64,000 nt of DNA from Bdellovibrionales bacterium. GTDB lineage: Bacteria > Bdellovibrionota > Bdellovibrionia > Bdellovibrionales > JAGQZY01. Position 1 is the first letter of the stretch; every line of letters starts with the position of its first letter. Position numbers and translations under genes: made by a program. Shown here one piece after another: positions 9,726-19,694 of this stretch. The stretch spans positions 1-64,000 of the forward strand of contig CAXRHT010000003.1 in assembly GCA_964230645.1 (NCBI GenBank), given 5' to 3'. The notes beneath the pieces are model-generated. The model was not told the origin of the DNA, ran no database searches, and saw only the letters and a program-made list of their open reading frames with translations.

Positions 9726-10708
9726 ATATTAGCATTCTTACCCGTATGGTAACGAACGCAATCTCGCATCTTTTGAGAATAAACAGGATGCTCCCCCATT
9801 TTTTCCCAGACTTTCTCTAAGCGCACATTTCTTAGATCCCCGAACTCATCATGAATTAGGTTACAAGGTGTTACCTTGCCATACGCATTGATATATATTT
9901 TCTCTATCCCCGCTGGGCACCCAAATTTTCCTCTAAAATTATACATGCTGTGATGTCGGGCAGCCGGATGTTTAAGAAGTTTGAACAAGTTTCTGTTTCG
10001 ATCCTCGTTGCTGTACATTTTTTCATCCTGGCCTTCCCATGCACCAACAGCAGCGGCATCATTTAATAAAAGGTAAGCATGTTCTTTTTCAGCAAGTTTC
10101 AAAAGATGATAAATCTCTTTTAGCTCATCTCGACAGTTCTCTGTAGATAAAACACATGAAAACACTAAGTTCAGCTTTAATTCCCGAGCCCATTTTGCCA
10201 CCCGCATGGCTTGGTGGTAACAGCCAGGAACACCTCTCAGTTTATCATGGATCATAGGTTCGGCAGAATCGATACTGATTTGAATGGTATCAAGGCCCGC
10301 ATCCTTCATGGCTTTTAAAGTTTCATATTTTATTTTTATAGCATTTGTAACAATGGAGACAGTAACCTTATCTGGTTGGCAGGCTTTTATAACATCGACG
10401 AGATCTTTCCGTAAGGTTGGCTCCCCCCCTGTAAGGTTCACATGGATAAGGCCAAGTTCAATAGCTTGATCGATAATATTCTTGATTTCATCGACCGTCA
10501 GAGTATTTTTCTCAGGAGCCGTCAGGTTGGCAGAATAACATTTATGACAAGAGGCTTGGCATGTGTAGGTCACGGCCAATTCGATCGAACGGAGACGGTC
10601 TCGTTTTAAAAAAAGTGTGTTAAAATAACCACTTAAAACCCTACTCACTTTCTTAGGTGATCGAACAAATCTTAAATGATCCAGGTACTTTACTGTTTCT
10701 CTTACCAT
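9722..10708 (-). CDS. Radical SAM/SPASM(twitch) domain protein
   Basis: CQASCHKC, LTGGEP and C-terminal GCPAG...GKVTPC...DC. The ATG at 10708 follows AGGAGA (the ORF track extends to 10789). Confidence 0.9.
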   Translation of the reverse strand: MVRETVKYLDHLRFVRSPKKVSRVLSGYFNTLFLKRDRLRSIELAVTYTCQASCHKCYSANLTAPEKNTLTVDEIKNIIDQAIELGLIHVNLTGGEPTLRKDLVDVIKACQPDKVTVSIVTNAIKIKYETLKAMKDAGLDTIQISIDSAEPMIHDKLRGVPGCYHQAMRVAKWARELKLNLVFSCVLSTENCRDELKEIYHLLKLAEKEHAYLLLNDAAAVGAWEGQDEKMYSNEDRNRNLFKLLKHPAARHHSMYNFRGKFGCPAGIEKIYINAYGKVTPCNLIHDEFGDLRNVRLEKVWEKMGEHPVYSQKMRDCVRYHTGKNANI

Positions 10709-10817
10709 TGCTATATCTCCTGAAAATGCTAGTGTAAGCCTAGCAACATTCCGATTAATTTTCACACTTTTTTTAAAATGACTGATCATGAAGGTAAGTC
10801 ACTAAAGAGGCTTTTAA

Positions 10818-11549
10818 ATGTATAGTTATCCTGGGACAGAACTGCACCTCTTTGCTAACGCCCACAACTGGAAAAAATATTTTAGCAAAACAATTAAACG
10901 TTATGTTCTGGGTGATGTTCTTGATGTTGGTGCAGGCTGGGGGGTCAATGCTCAGTATCTTGTCAGCAGCAACTGTACCTCTTGGACCTTCCTGGAGCCT
11001 GATCAAGAAAACTGCGCTAAGATCGATCGCTTTGCAGCTATTATTAAAGACTACGATAACACCTCTATATGTGGCCGAGTGGATAATCTAGCTCCTAGCC
11101 CCCAGTACGATACGATTCTGTACATTGATGTCTTAGAACACATTGAAGATGATTATCTAGAGCTTTCCCAGGCTCGTTTGCGACTGAAAAATAATGGACG
11201 TTTGATAGTTTTGGTCCCTTGTCATAATAGCCTTTACAGTGAATTTGATCGTCATATAGGACACTACCGACGCTATTCTCTAGAGGACCTTTTTCGATTA
11301 GAATCAGATACTATTAAACTTAAAAGCTATTTTTACTTAGACTCCTTCGGATTATTCTGCTCGTTTTTGAATCGTTTTTTGCTAAAGAAGTCTTTACCAA
11401 CACACGGAGACATCAAGATCTGGGATCGTTTTCTTGTTCCATTGTCTCGCCTCTTTGACCGTTTTTTTTGTAAATCTTTAGGAAAAAGTCTAGTGGCTAT
11501 TTACGAGCCTGTTTTCTCAGAAGAACAGCTCGAGCCTGATGAAATTTAG
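10818..11549 (+). CDS. Class I SAM-dependent methyltransferase
   Basis: VLDVGAGWG, DVLEHIEDD and FDRHIGHYRRY; a type commonly found in glycan loci. Confidence 0.85.
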   Translation: MYSYPGTELHLFANAHNWKKYFSKTIKRYVLGDVLDVGAGWGVNAQYLVSSNCTSWTFLEPDQENCAKIDRFAAIIKDYDNTSICGRVDNLAPSPQYDTILYIDVLEHIEDDYLELSQARLRLKNNGRLIVLVPCHNSLYSEFDRHIGHYRRYSLEDLFRLESDTIKLKSYFYLDSFGLFCSFLNRFLLKKSLPTHGDIKIWDRFLVPLSRLFDRFFCKSLGKSLVAIYEPVFSEEQLEPDEI

Positions 11550-12981
11550 CCTCCCTTACCACATCAAATGACGCCTGCAAGTAATCTTCAAGTATTGGAT
11601 AGAGAGTATTATAGGTTTGTAGGAGCCATATCTCTTTTACCTCTTCTTTCTCCAGTCGTTGCTCTAATTGCCTTATTCCCTCAGGTGTGGATAAAACATC
11701 CAAACGCCCGCTTTCAACGAGATAATTGACACTATTAAAATCAAATCGTTTAAAATAATGATCAAAAAGGTATTGGCTCCAACCGTAATTCAAGACGGTT
11801 ACTGAATTAGTTCCCTCTCGGTTTGAATCCTGTACCACAAACTCGACGGCCTCTCTTATATCCACACGAACAAGATAATGTTTCTGATAATTTCCCTCGT
11901 AACAAGAAAGGCTCGTAAACCCGACAAAAAGTGTGGCTATAAAAAAAAGGACCTTTTTATTTAAACGCCTCGAAAAGGACGCAGAAATGAAAATTATCTG
12001 AGGAGGCATAAGTAGGGCCAAGTAATGTAAATTCCACATGGGAGTAAAGAACTTAGATATTAAATAGATGGTGAAAAGCGGTAGCAGTGTTGATATGCCG
12101 AATAAGAGGTCCATCCTCCATAGTTTTTTTCGCTTTAATTTATCAGGCTCAAATAAGTTTAGTAATCCCCACCCAAGTCCCAGTGCAAATAGAGCGGCAA
12201 TAAATAAAGATTGATTTGACCAATATAACAGATAGTCAATAAAGGGGGTCTCACCCAACTCTCTTGGGTAGTCATGGGTTTTTACTCTGGGATACTGTTG
12301 CACCACCACTGGTACCCAAGGCAGGAAACAAATACTTACAAACAAAGCCACTTTGAATAGTGAGGCTCTATAGGATTTAAAATGGGGAAGTAAGAATGCA
12401 ATTCCTAATTGAAAAAAAATAAGGCCCATTAAATAGTAGTGAATGTAGCACATCATCACCCCACATAGAGAGTAAGTCGCTAACAACACACCACTTCTTT
12501 TTTTGTCTGTGTCACTGTTTATGATTCTGACCAGCAAATAAAAAGACAATGTCGAGAAGAAAATTTGCCAGCCGTAGGAGGTCGCCAATCGACTCAGGCT
12601 GATTGATGAAAAATTCAAGCATAAAAAAAGTGAGGCCAGCAGTCCTGTGCTAGCGCCAAAAGCGATTTTACCAGTGCGATAAATAAGATAAAGGGAGGCA
12701 ATTCCTAGTAAAGATGATAGCAGTCTTTGAGAAAACTCATCAAATCCGACTAATAAGCCCCATATGTACATTAGAAAATGATTCAGTGGAGGATGGATTT
12801 CCCACTCAATAAAAGAATTTAAAAATTGTTCAAATCCTCCCTCAAGTATTGGAAAATGCAACATGATATAGAGTTCGTTATTTACAAAAGAAGAGGAGCC
12901 CAAAGCCCAAAGTCGCAGAAAGCCACCGATAAGCAATATAAACATCAGTGTAATTTTTAACGGGCGGGTGATGACATTCAT
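11497..12981 (-). CDS. GT-C glycosyltransferase (ArnT/PMT-like, family 39/83)
   Basis: GGFLRLWALG..SFVNNE, HPPL, RLLS, many TM helices and a soluble C-terminal domain. Confidence 0.8.
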   Translation of the reverse strand: MNVITRPLKITLMFILLIGGFLRLWALGSSSFVNNELYIMLHFPILEGGFEQFLNSFIEWEIHPPLNHFLMYIWGLLVGFDEFSQRLLSSLLGIASLYLIYRTGKIAFGASTGLLASLFLCLNFSSISLSRLATSYGWQIFFSTLSFYLLVRIINSDTDKKRSGVLLATYSLCGVMMCYIHYYLMGLIFFQLGIAFLLPHFKSYRASLFKVALFVSICFLPWVPVVVQQYPRVKTHDYPRELGETPFIDYLLYWSNQSLFIAALFALGLGWGLLNLFEPDKLKRKKLWRMDLLFGISTLLPLFTIYLISKFFTPMWNLHYLALLMPPQIIFISASFSRRLNKKVLFFIATLFVGFTSLSCYEGNYQKHYLVRVDIREAVEFVVQDSNREGTNSVTVLNYGWSQYLFDHYFKRFDFNSVNYLVESGRLDVLSTPEGIRQLEQRLEKEEVKEIWLLQTYNTLYPILEDYLQASFDVVREAKFHQARAVLLRKQARK

Positions 12982-13039
12982 TTTTTAAAATCCTCTCTTA
13001 TTCTAAGCAAGTAATCAAGCCGAAGGCTTTGCTCATCAG

Positions 13040-13069
13040 TTGACAGCGCTCTTTCAGCTCCCCCATACT
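13040..13069 (+). promoter_or_regulatory. Putative sigma70 promoter of the B12-radical SAM gene
   Basis: TTGACA-18 nt-CATACT. Confidence 0.5.
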
Positions 13070-13103
13070 TAAATCATCATAGTAAACAACTCTTAGGTGT
13101 ATT

Positions 13104-14561
13104 GTGCGAATTATGCTCGTTTGGCCCTATGGCTTCGAAAAATCTTATGCCCTCCCACTAGCTCTAGGATATTTGGCTAACTCAATTAAAAATATGGGGC
13201 ATGATTTAAAAATCGTTGATTGCTGCCTAGAGGATCAACCCGCCGAGAGTCTATGGTTTAGGGAGCGGTTGCGTCAATTTCAACCTGATGTTGTTGGGGT
13301 CTCAGCTTGGTCCATTTTATTTCCAGAGGCTTTGAATGTTTTATCTGTGGCTAAACAAGAACTTAATAACGTGACCACACTCCTTGGTGGACCACATGCT
13401 ACTTCCCACGCCGAAAGTGTGCTCGAGTACCAGCAGATCGATTACGTCATTAGAGGAGAGGGGGAAAAAGCCTTTCCTGAGTTCTTAGATTTTCTAATGA
13501 TGAAAAGAGATCTTGCTGACGTATCGGGACTTTGCTGGATGCAATCTGGGCAAATGAAGCAAAATGCCACCAATTTAGTACAAAACGTCGATGAGCTTCC
13601 ACTGCCAGACTACGACATCATTCAATTGGAACGTTATTGGAAAGCGGGCTATCGATACAATACTAAAGAAACAAAAAATGCTCCTTTGTGGATGACTCGA
13701 GGTTGCCCCTATAAATGTACCTTCTGTGCGGCCCCTGTACTCAATGGTCGCCCGGTGCGAACCCATAGTATCTCCTACCTTATCAAATGGATTGAGTATC
13801 TTTACCATGAAAAAGGGGTTCGATGGTTTAATATCATCGACGACAACTTCACCTTTCATGTTCCCTTCGCTAAGGAATTCTGTCGAGAGGTGATAAAGCT
13901 TAACTTGAAAGATATTGGTTTTGGAACTCCCAACGGTATTCGCTTCCAACGAGGAGACAGAGAACTTTGGGATTTGATGAAACAAGCTGGCTGGAAGTCT
14001 TTAATAATCGCTCCCGAAAGTGGCTCCCAGCGGGTTTTAAAGTTGATGAAAAAACATCTCGATCTTTCTTTGGTTCCACCGGCTGTGAAAGAAATAAAGA
14101 AGGCAGGACTCACTGTCCAAGGTCTTTTCCTAATCGGGTACCCAGGGGAAACTTTGGAGGATATTAAGAAAACCTCTGAGTTTATAAAAAAATGTCGATT
14201 CAATTTTATCTTTTTAAATGTATTTCAACCTCTTCCTGGCACACCAGTATACCAGGAGCTGGTGTCTAAGGGAGAAATCAAGGATGGATTGTTACCGAAC
14301 AATTACTCAGAGGGCACGCGCTCCTATGTCACAAAGGATCTTGTAGGCTTTAATTTTCCGTTTTTTGTCCTCAAAACTTACGCACTTCTCGCTTTAAGAG
14401 ATCCATTAAACATTCCTAATCTCTTTTCTTTTTTCGATAAAAAGTTTTTAGCTAAAAAATTGTTTGCTAACTTTTCGGGAATGCTTAAACCCACCGCAAA
14501 AGGGGCTATTGTTAGTAACTCAGCTCCCCTACCCACAATGAAGAGTCAATCGCAGTCCTAG
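13104..14561 (+). CDS. Cobalamin-binding (class B) radical SAM protein
   Basis: PLALGYLA, GGPHAT, GEGE, TRGCPYKCTFC, DDNF, PESGSQRVL, GYPGET and PLPGT. Confidence 0.92.
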   Translation: MRIMLVWPYGFEKSYALPLALGYLANSIKNMGHDLKIVDCCLEDQPAESLWFRERLRQFQPDVVGVSAWSILFPEALNVLSVAKQELNNVTTLLGGPHATSHAESVLEYQQIDYVIRGEGEKAFPEFLDFLMMKRDLADVSGLCWMQSGQMKQNATNLVQNVDELPLPDYDIIQLERYWKAGYRYNTKETKNAPLWMTRGCPYKCTFCAAPVLNGRPVRTHSISYLIKWIEYLYHEKGVRWFNIIDDNFTFHVPFAKEFCREVIKLNLKDIGFGTPNGIRFQRGDRELWDLMKQAGWKSLIIAPESGSQRVLKLMKKHLDLSLVPPAVKEIKKAGLTVQGLFLIGYPGETLEDIKKTSEFIKKCRFNFIFLNVFQPLPGTPVYQELVSKGEIKDGLLPNNYSEGTRSYVTKDLVGFNFPFFVLKTYALLALRDPLNIPNLFSFFDKKFLAKKLFANFSGMLKPTAKGAIVSNSAPLPTMKSQSQS

Positions 14562-15865
14562 TAGATTACAGCCTTTGGAGGCAATCTTTTAGGCAGCTCA
14601 ATTCTATTGTTCCCAATTAAATGCACTTCTTTTACATCATGCCAAAAGCGACAAGTCTTCGGTAGTCTTTGCAAGCGATTGTATGAGAGATCAATATATT
14701 GAAGATATTGCCACCTCCCTATAGTTCCTGGAAGCTTTTGCAGAAAATTGTTAAACAAATGAACCCTCTCTACTCTGGACCACTTCCCTACCTCCTCTGG
14801 TAAGGTTTTTAACTTATTATGGTGGAAATTTACTTTCAATAATTGAGTCCAACTTCCCACAGCAGGAGGCAGTGAGGACAATTGATTGTAATGAAAGTCA
14901 ATTTCTGTCAAATTTCGCCAACTTTTAACTTCCTTAGGTAGCGAATTAATATTGTTATTACTAGCTTGAATGACATGAAGATCTTTCCAGGCACTTACAT
15001 TTTTAGGAAGTGTTTTTAGTTGGTTGTTGTTTATTTCCAACCGAAATAGTTTTTTGAATTTACCCACTGACGGTGGCAATTCCGTAATCTGGTTGTCAGA
15101 TAAGTTTAAATATCGAATCTTTCGCCAAGACCCTATTGTAGAAGGAAGAGAGGTTAGTAAATTTTTTCTAAGGTCGACGATTTCAATATTTGTCCAACCA
15201 GACACCTCATTGGGAAGTTGGGCCAATTTGTTGTAGTTCATACGAAATTCTTTAAGATCTCGCCAAGCTTTGACCGCAGGGGGGAGACTCTCAATATAAT
15301 TGTAAGACAGATTGATATAATAGATTTTTTTAGAAGAGACCAAACCCTCTGGAAAGATTTTAATATTGTTATGAAAAAAACTCACCTCTCTAAGAGAATC
15401 CAAATGTTTTATTTCAGGGGATACTTTTTCCAACCAGTTATAAGAGAAATCGATTTTCTCTAGCTTGCTCAATTTGCTTATAGGTTTTGGCCAGACTTTA
15501 AAGAGATTTGCGGATAAATCGAGATCTTTTAGTTTTTGAAGAGATCCGATTTCTTGGGGTAGGGACTTTAACCTATTTCTGGAAAGATTCAGTACTTCTA
15601 ATTGACTCAATCCCTTAAAATCATCCCCTGCAAGATTATTTAATTCAAAACCCTCCATATTAAGAGATTTTATTTTAGTAAGATCGACTTTTTTACATGA
15701 ATCATATTTGATTTGTTCTTTGATTGCTTTTTGCAATAGAGCACTTCGCCCACAGATATTAGTGGGCGCTGTGAAGGCGGGAACCGAAAAAAACAAGCAA
15801 AGGATTAAAAAAAGCCACATGGGATGCATGAGGGAAATATTTGTATCTTGCTTTCTGAGTTTCAT
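14558..15865 (-). CDS. Secreted leucine-rich repeat protein (23-aa repeats, Trp-containing)
   Basis: Signal-like N-terminus, Cys cap (CGRS...DSC) and about 15 LxxLPxxVxx(W/L)xxLxxIxLxxN repeats. The ATG at 15865 follows GAGG. Confidence 0.9.
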   Translation of the reverse strand: MKLRKQDTNISLMHPMWLFLILCLFFSVPAFTAPTNICGRSALLQKAIKEQIKYDSCKKVDLTKIKSLNMEGFELNNLAGDDFKGLSQLEVLNLSRNRLKSLPQEIGSLQKLKDLDLSANLFKVWPKPISKLSKLEKIDFSYNWLEKVSPEIKHLDSLREVSFFHNNIKIFPEGLVSSKKIYYINLSYNYIESLPPAVKAWRDLKEFRMNYNKLAQLPNEVSGWTNIEIVDLRKNLLTSLPSTIGSWRKIRYLNLSDNQITELPPSVGKFKKLFRLEINNNQLKTLPKNVSAWKDLHVIQASNNNINSLPKEVKSWRNLTEIDFHYNQLSSLPPAVGSWTQLLKVNFHHNKLKTLPEEVGKWSRVERVHLFNNFLQKLPGTIGRWQYLQYIDLSYNRLQRLPKTCRFWHDVKEVHLIGNNRIELPKRLPPKAVIY

Positions 15866-15916
15866 GAAGACCTCAATATCTTGCAACTTCTATTGTTTGC
15901 GTCTTTCACATGAGGT

Positions 15917-16993
15917 TCATAGCTTTCTAAAGTTATGATCTTCCATGTAAACATACAACATCGCCATTATATCGATGTTTTTGTTTTTGGTGTTCTCTAC
16001 TAAAGTTACCATTTGGTACTCGTGATCTCTTAGGAGCTTAATTCCTTCGGAGCTTGAATAAACTTCCGTATAGTCATGCCCGTCTTTACTGGAAACCTTA
16101 TTTTCATAGATGGTTTTATTGTCCGTTAAATCTATTAATTTAATTGATTTAACGCCCTTATGAATGTGAGCACTTATGTAATGAATCTTAGTATCAACTG
16201 GGATATTAAGGGCATCAGTCACTAAGGTACGATTTACTGTTTTCCCTGGTTTCGCCATCCAATGGGAGGAGAAGACCTGACCATGCTTGTCTACGCTATC
16301 ATGATAGCCACCATGTCTCATCATCGCTTTTTGTCGAGAGCATTGGCTCTTGCTCGTGGGTGAGCGCAATCCCTTCTTTCCAAAATCACAATAACCCTCA
16401 TATCGGGGTGTTAAGGCCATCAAAGTACGGCGGTAAAGCGGTCTCAAAGTGGTTTTTGTCTCTCTATCTTTGGAGTAGGCAATATGAGTCTTATATTTAA
16501 CCTGTTTGGGAACTTTCAGCTCCTCGTGATTCGCCACCTGAGAGTTCACAAAAAACTGGTCGCCCGTGGACAGGGGTACCGCAAAACCCTTAGGAAACTG
16601 AGTCTCCATGTGATTGGAACTAGAAACTCCAATAAACCACCCATCTGTTTTTTCAAATAACTTGGGAGTCTTCTTTTTATTTTTTTTATTTTTTTCAATC
16701 GTGTTGTGACACATTAAATGAGTGTTCGATACTTTAACATTGTCTACAGCGACCTCGGTTTTAAAGGACTGAATCCAAATGATCTCTGGCTTGGCGGGAT
16801 TCTCAAAATAAAAAAACTTATTCTGCAAAGGACCCATCATATGCATATGTTTATTTTTGACTGAGAAAGTATCAGACTCTAGTACTAGAGTCTCCGTTGC
16901 TTTGGGAGAACTAACCTCGGTCATAATACAAGCATTGAGACTCAACAATATCGCCGAAATAAGAGTCACATTGAAAAATTTATGAAACATCAC
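15917..16993 (-). CDS. Lipoprotein with copper type II monooxygenase (PHM-like) features
   Basis: Lipobox LNAC. C-terminal SAHIHKG and DIMAM fit a CuM-type HxH...M site; N-terminal His motifs HMHMM, HLMCH and ANH. Confidence 0.55.
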   Translation of the reverse strand: MMFHKFFNVTLISAILLSLNACIMTEVSSPKATETLVLESDTFSVKNKHMHMMGPLQNKFFYFENPAKPEIIWIQSFKTEVAVDNVKVSNTHLMCHNTIEKNKKNKKKTPKLFEKTDGWFIGVSSSNHMETQFPKGFAVPLSTGDQFFVNSQVANHEELKVPKQVKYKTHIAYSKDRETKTTLRPLYRRTLMALTPRYEGYCDFGKKGLRSPTSKSQCSRQKAMMRHGGYHDSVDKHGQVFSSHWMAKPGKTVNRTLVTDALNIPVDTKIHYISAHIHKGVKSIKLIDLTDNKTIYENKVSSKDGHDYTEVYSSSEGIKLLRDHEYQMVTLVENTKNKNIDIMAMLYVYMEDHNFRKL

Positions 16994-17004
16994 TTGAGCA
17001 CCCT

Positions 17005-19473
17005 TTAGTCAACTTTAGCAATTTTTTCGTTTCTTCCCTCTACAATTTTGTATCGGCCTTTTTCCATAGGGCCAAATTTTTGTTCTTTTCCAGAGGGCCA
17101 TTGGATCGTCAGAGATTTCACAGAGCTTTCTGAGCCCAGCCCAAAATGAAGAATTCTCTCAGACTGGGAAGGACCGTTGTTAGCCACTAATTGTCGCACT
17201 AACAATTGATCATCCATTGTTGTCACTCTAGCGATGGCTCCGATCGCCTCTTTATTGCTCTCGGTTCCCTGTAGGCTGAGGATGATACTGTTTCCTTTTA
17301 TGGCTGAGCCATTCTCAAAATATTCAATCGTTGGAAATTTATATTTTAAGGTTCCTGGATCTCCATTTCTGAGAATAATATCTAGTTGACCATCTTTATT
17401 CACGTCGGCTTTTGCGATTATGTATCCATCATTGATAGAGTCAACTCCTTCTAGATAACCGACTTCAACAAACTCCATATTGCCTAAGTTTAAAAAAAGT
17501 CGGTTACGTTGAAATCCAGCCATGGATTTCGTTACCGGCATTTCCGGATCTCTTAAAATGCTTATAAAGGAGAAATCTTTTTGTCTATAATTACGGTTTG
17601 GTGCAAGCACGTCATTAAAAGTTTTTTTGGCAGCCACGGCTCTGACAAAGAGACTTGAAAGATCATGCCTTTTAGAGCGATCTTCTCCCGACCATAAACC
17701 ATTAGCGACATAAATATCCATAAGTCCATCGTTATTGTAGTCAATGAACTCAACTCCAGCACCACCTTCGCCAATATTTTCTAATCCTGCCGCTTGGGTC
17801 ACCTCTGCGAAACTAACTTTCCCATCAACCTTTGATTTTTTTCCTCCAAAAAGCCGTAAACCAGGATCTTTCGGCATATCAAAGTACCAATTTTCATTGC
17901 ATGAAGCGTGGAACCTTTCACGAGCGTGGAAGTTAACATTAGTCAAAGCGATCTCATTAACCCCATCATTGTTAAGATCTCCTACCGCAACCCCCATTCC
18001 ATATCCCTTGTTTTGGAAGTTCACAGCATCATTAACCATACTAAATTTTTTCCCGTCTTGGTTTTCATAAATTGGGCTTAGATTTGAACGGTCATCGACA
18101 ATCAAGAGATCAGCGTCCCCATCGAAATCATAGTCTGAGGCGATTGAACTATGAGGAAATAAACTAGTATATTGCGACAAGCCTCTATCTCTCCAAAACG
18201 TTTTTGTGACATCTTTAAAAACTTCGCTCTTATTTGATTGACCCATATTGGTGAATAACCCCTCTGGCTCCCCTTTCGTGTTGGAAGAGGAATCTAGGGT
18301 AGTGAAATCTTGCTTCCCAGGAAAACCAACATAAAAATCAAGTTGCCCGTCATTATTAAAGTCTGCAACTGCTGCAGGCATGGGGAGATTGTACTTAAGC
18401 TTCCCTTTAATAAAGTTCTTTACCTTGGAATACTTTCCCTCCTCGTTCTTAAGGTAAACAACATCCGAAGCATCCTTATCGTACTCAAAAAGAGTCATGA
18501 CGGTGTCTTTGTCACCATCGTTATCGAAATCAGCAAAAACAGCAGTTTTTACCGCTTTGTAATTGTTCAATTCAGAGTTCTCTGCAACCCACTTTCCTTT
18601 TCCATTTCCTAAAAATAATTGCGATTCCTGGGCTGAACCTGAGAAAAGGTCTAATTCACCATCATTATTTAGATCATCCACAACAACCGTATATCCTCCA
18701 CGACGGATAGCCTCGGATCTTTCGTGAATTCGGACTTTATCAAGGCCCCTTGCCACTGTTTTATTGATAAAAGCGGGTTCTCGATGGGACACTACGCGTT
18801 CTGATTTTAAAAATTTATTATCTGTGATTTTCCATTGGGACCCTACTTTCTCAACTAAAACTTCAAGGGATCCACGATCATTCATTCTCTTGTTAGTCTT
18901 ACTAAGACCTCGTACATCAAAATTTAATACCATGGTTACTTTGTTAAAATTTAGATTGCTCTCGGATCGATCTTTTGAGTTGATTCGATAAAAAACTCCA
19001 TGTAATTCAACATCTTCAATCTTATTATATTCTGTTAGAAAAGACTGACGGTAGTTAGCTACAGTAGGATGACCTTGTTTAGACCGGAACAAAGAGAGCC
19101 CATTCGTTTTAAGTCTTTCTTTGAAGGATTTTGAGTTTATCCATTTGAATGTACCTTTGACCAATTGATTTATCTTTTCCTCATCTCCTTGCTTCCAGGC
19201 TTCTTGCATTGGTTCGATCACAAGCTTTTCAAGCCCTAGATATTGCGATTCATCTTGAAGACATTTTTCGAATTGAGTACCTCTTTGCCAGTTATCAACA
19301 TCTTTTGCCGATATTGTTTTCCTTGGATTTAATTCTTTTTTTAATTCCACTAAACGTTTTGATGGGGGTAACTTAGAAAGTCTATGTTGAAATACGAATG
19401 GGTCTTCTGCTGAAGATAGACCGGTAAAACAAAAAATAAAACTAAAAACGCTTAAATAAAAAACCTTGTTCAT
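17005..19473 (-). CDS. Secreted CRTAC1/ASPIC-UnbV family protein with extra N-terminal domain
   Basis: Signal peptide, multiple DxNNDGxxD FG-GAP motifs, and SNKEAIGA...SQSERILHFGLG...IQWPSG. Confidence 0.9.
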   Translation of the reverse strand: MNKVFYLSVFSFIFCFTGLSSAEDPFVFQHRLSKLPPSKRLVELKKELNPRKTISAKDVDNWQRGTQFEKCLQDESQYLGLEKLVIEPMQEAWKQGDEEKINQLVKGTFKWINSKSFKERLKTNGLSLFRSKQGHPTVANYRQSFLTEYNKIEDVELHGVFYRINSKDRSESNLNFNKVTMVLNFDVRGLSKTNKRMNDRGSLEVLVEKVGSQWKITDNKFLKSERVVSHREPAFINKTVARGLDKVRIHERSEAIRRGGYTVVVDDLNNDGELDLFSGSAQESQLFLGNGKGKWVAENSELNNYKAVKTAVFADFDNDGDKDTVMTLFEYDKDASDVVYLKNEEGKYSKVKNFIKGKLKYNLPMPAAVADFNNDGQLDFYVGFPGKQDFTTLDSSSNTKGEPEGLFTNMGQSNKSEVFKDVTKTFWRDRGLSQYTSLFPHSSIASDYDFDGDADLLIVDDRSNLSPIYENQDGKKFSMVNDAVNFQNKGYGMGVAVGDLNNDGVNEIALTNVNFHARERFHASCNENWYFDMPKDPGLRLFGGKKSKVDGKVSFAEVTQAAGLENIGEGGAGVEFIDYNNDGLMDIYVANGLWSGEDRSKRHDLSSLFVRAVAAKKTFNDVLAPNRNYRQKDFSFISILRDPEMPVTKSMAGFQRNRLFLNLGNMEFVEVGYLEGVDSINDGYIIAKADVNKDGQLDIILRNGDPGTLKYKFPTIEYFENGSAIKGNSIILSLQGTESNKEAIGAIARVTTMDDQLLVRQLVANNGPSQSERILHFGLGSESSVKSLTIQWPSGKEQKFGPMEKGRYKIVEGRNEKIAKVD

Positions 19474-19694
19474 ATAGATACCTTCAGGAAAAGTTTATAT
19501 AGATAGGATAAGTGGTTTTAATAATCATTTCAATAGGTTCGAGCTGAACAGGTCTATGATTAAGAGTGCGGGACCTCAAAACAAAATGACCCGCCATTGC
19601 TCATACGAAAGTCTGGATTTGAAACACAAACTTAAAGTCTAAGGTCGTCTATTTTCCCTAAATGGGACACTTAAATTATTTAGGAAATCACCTT

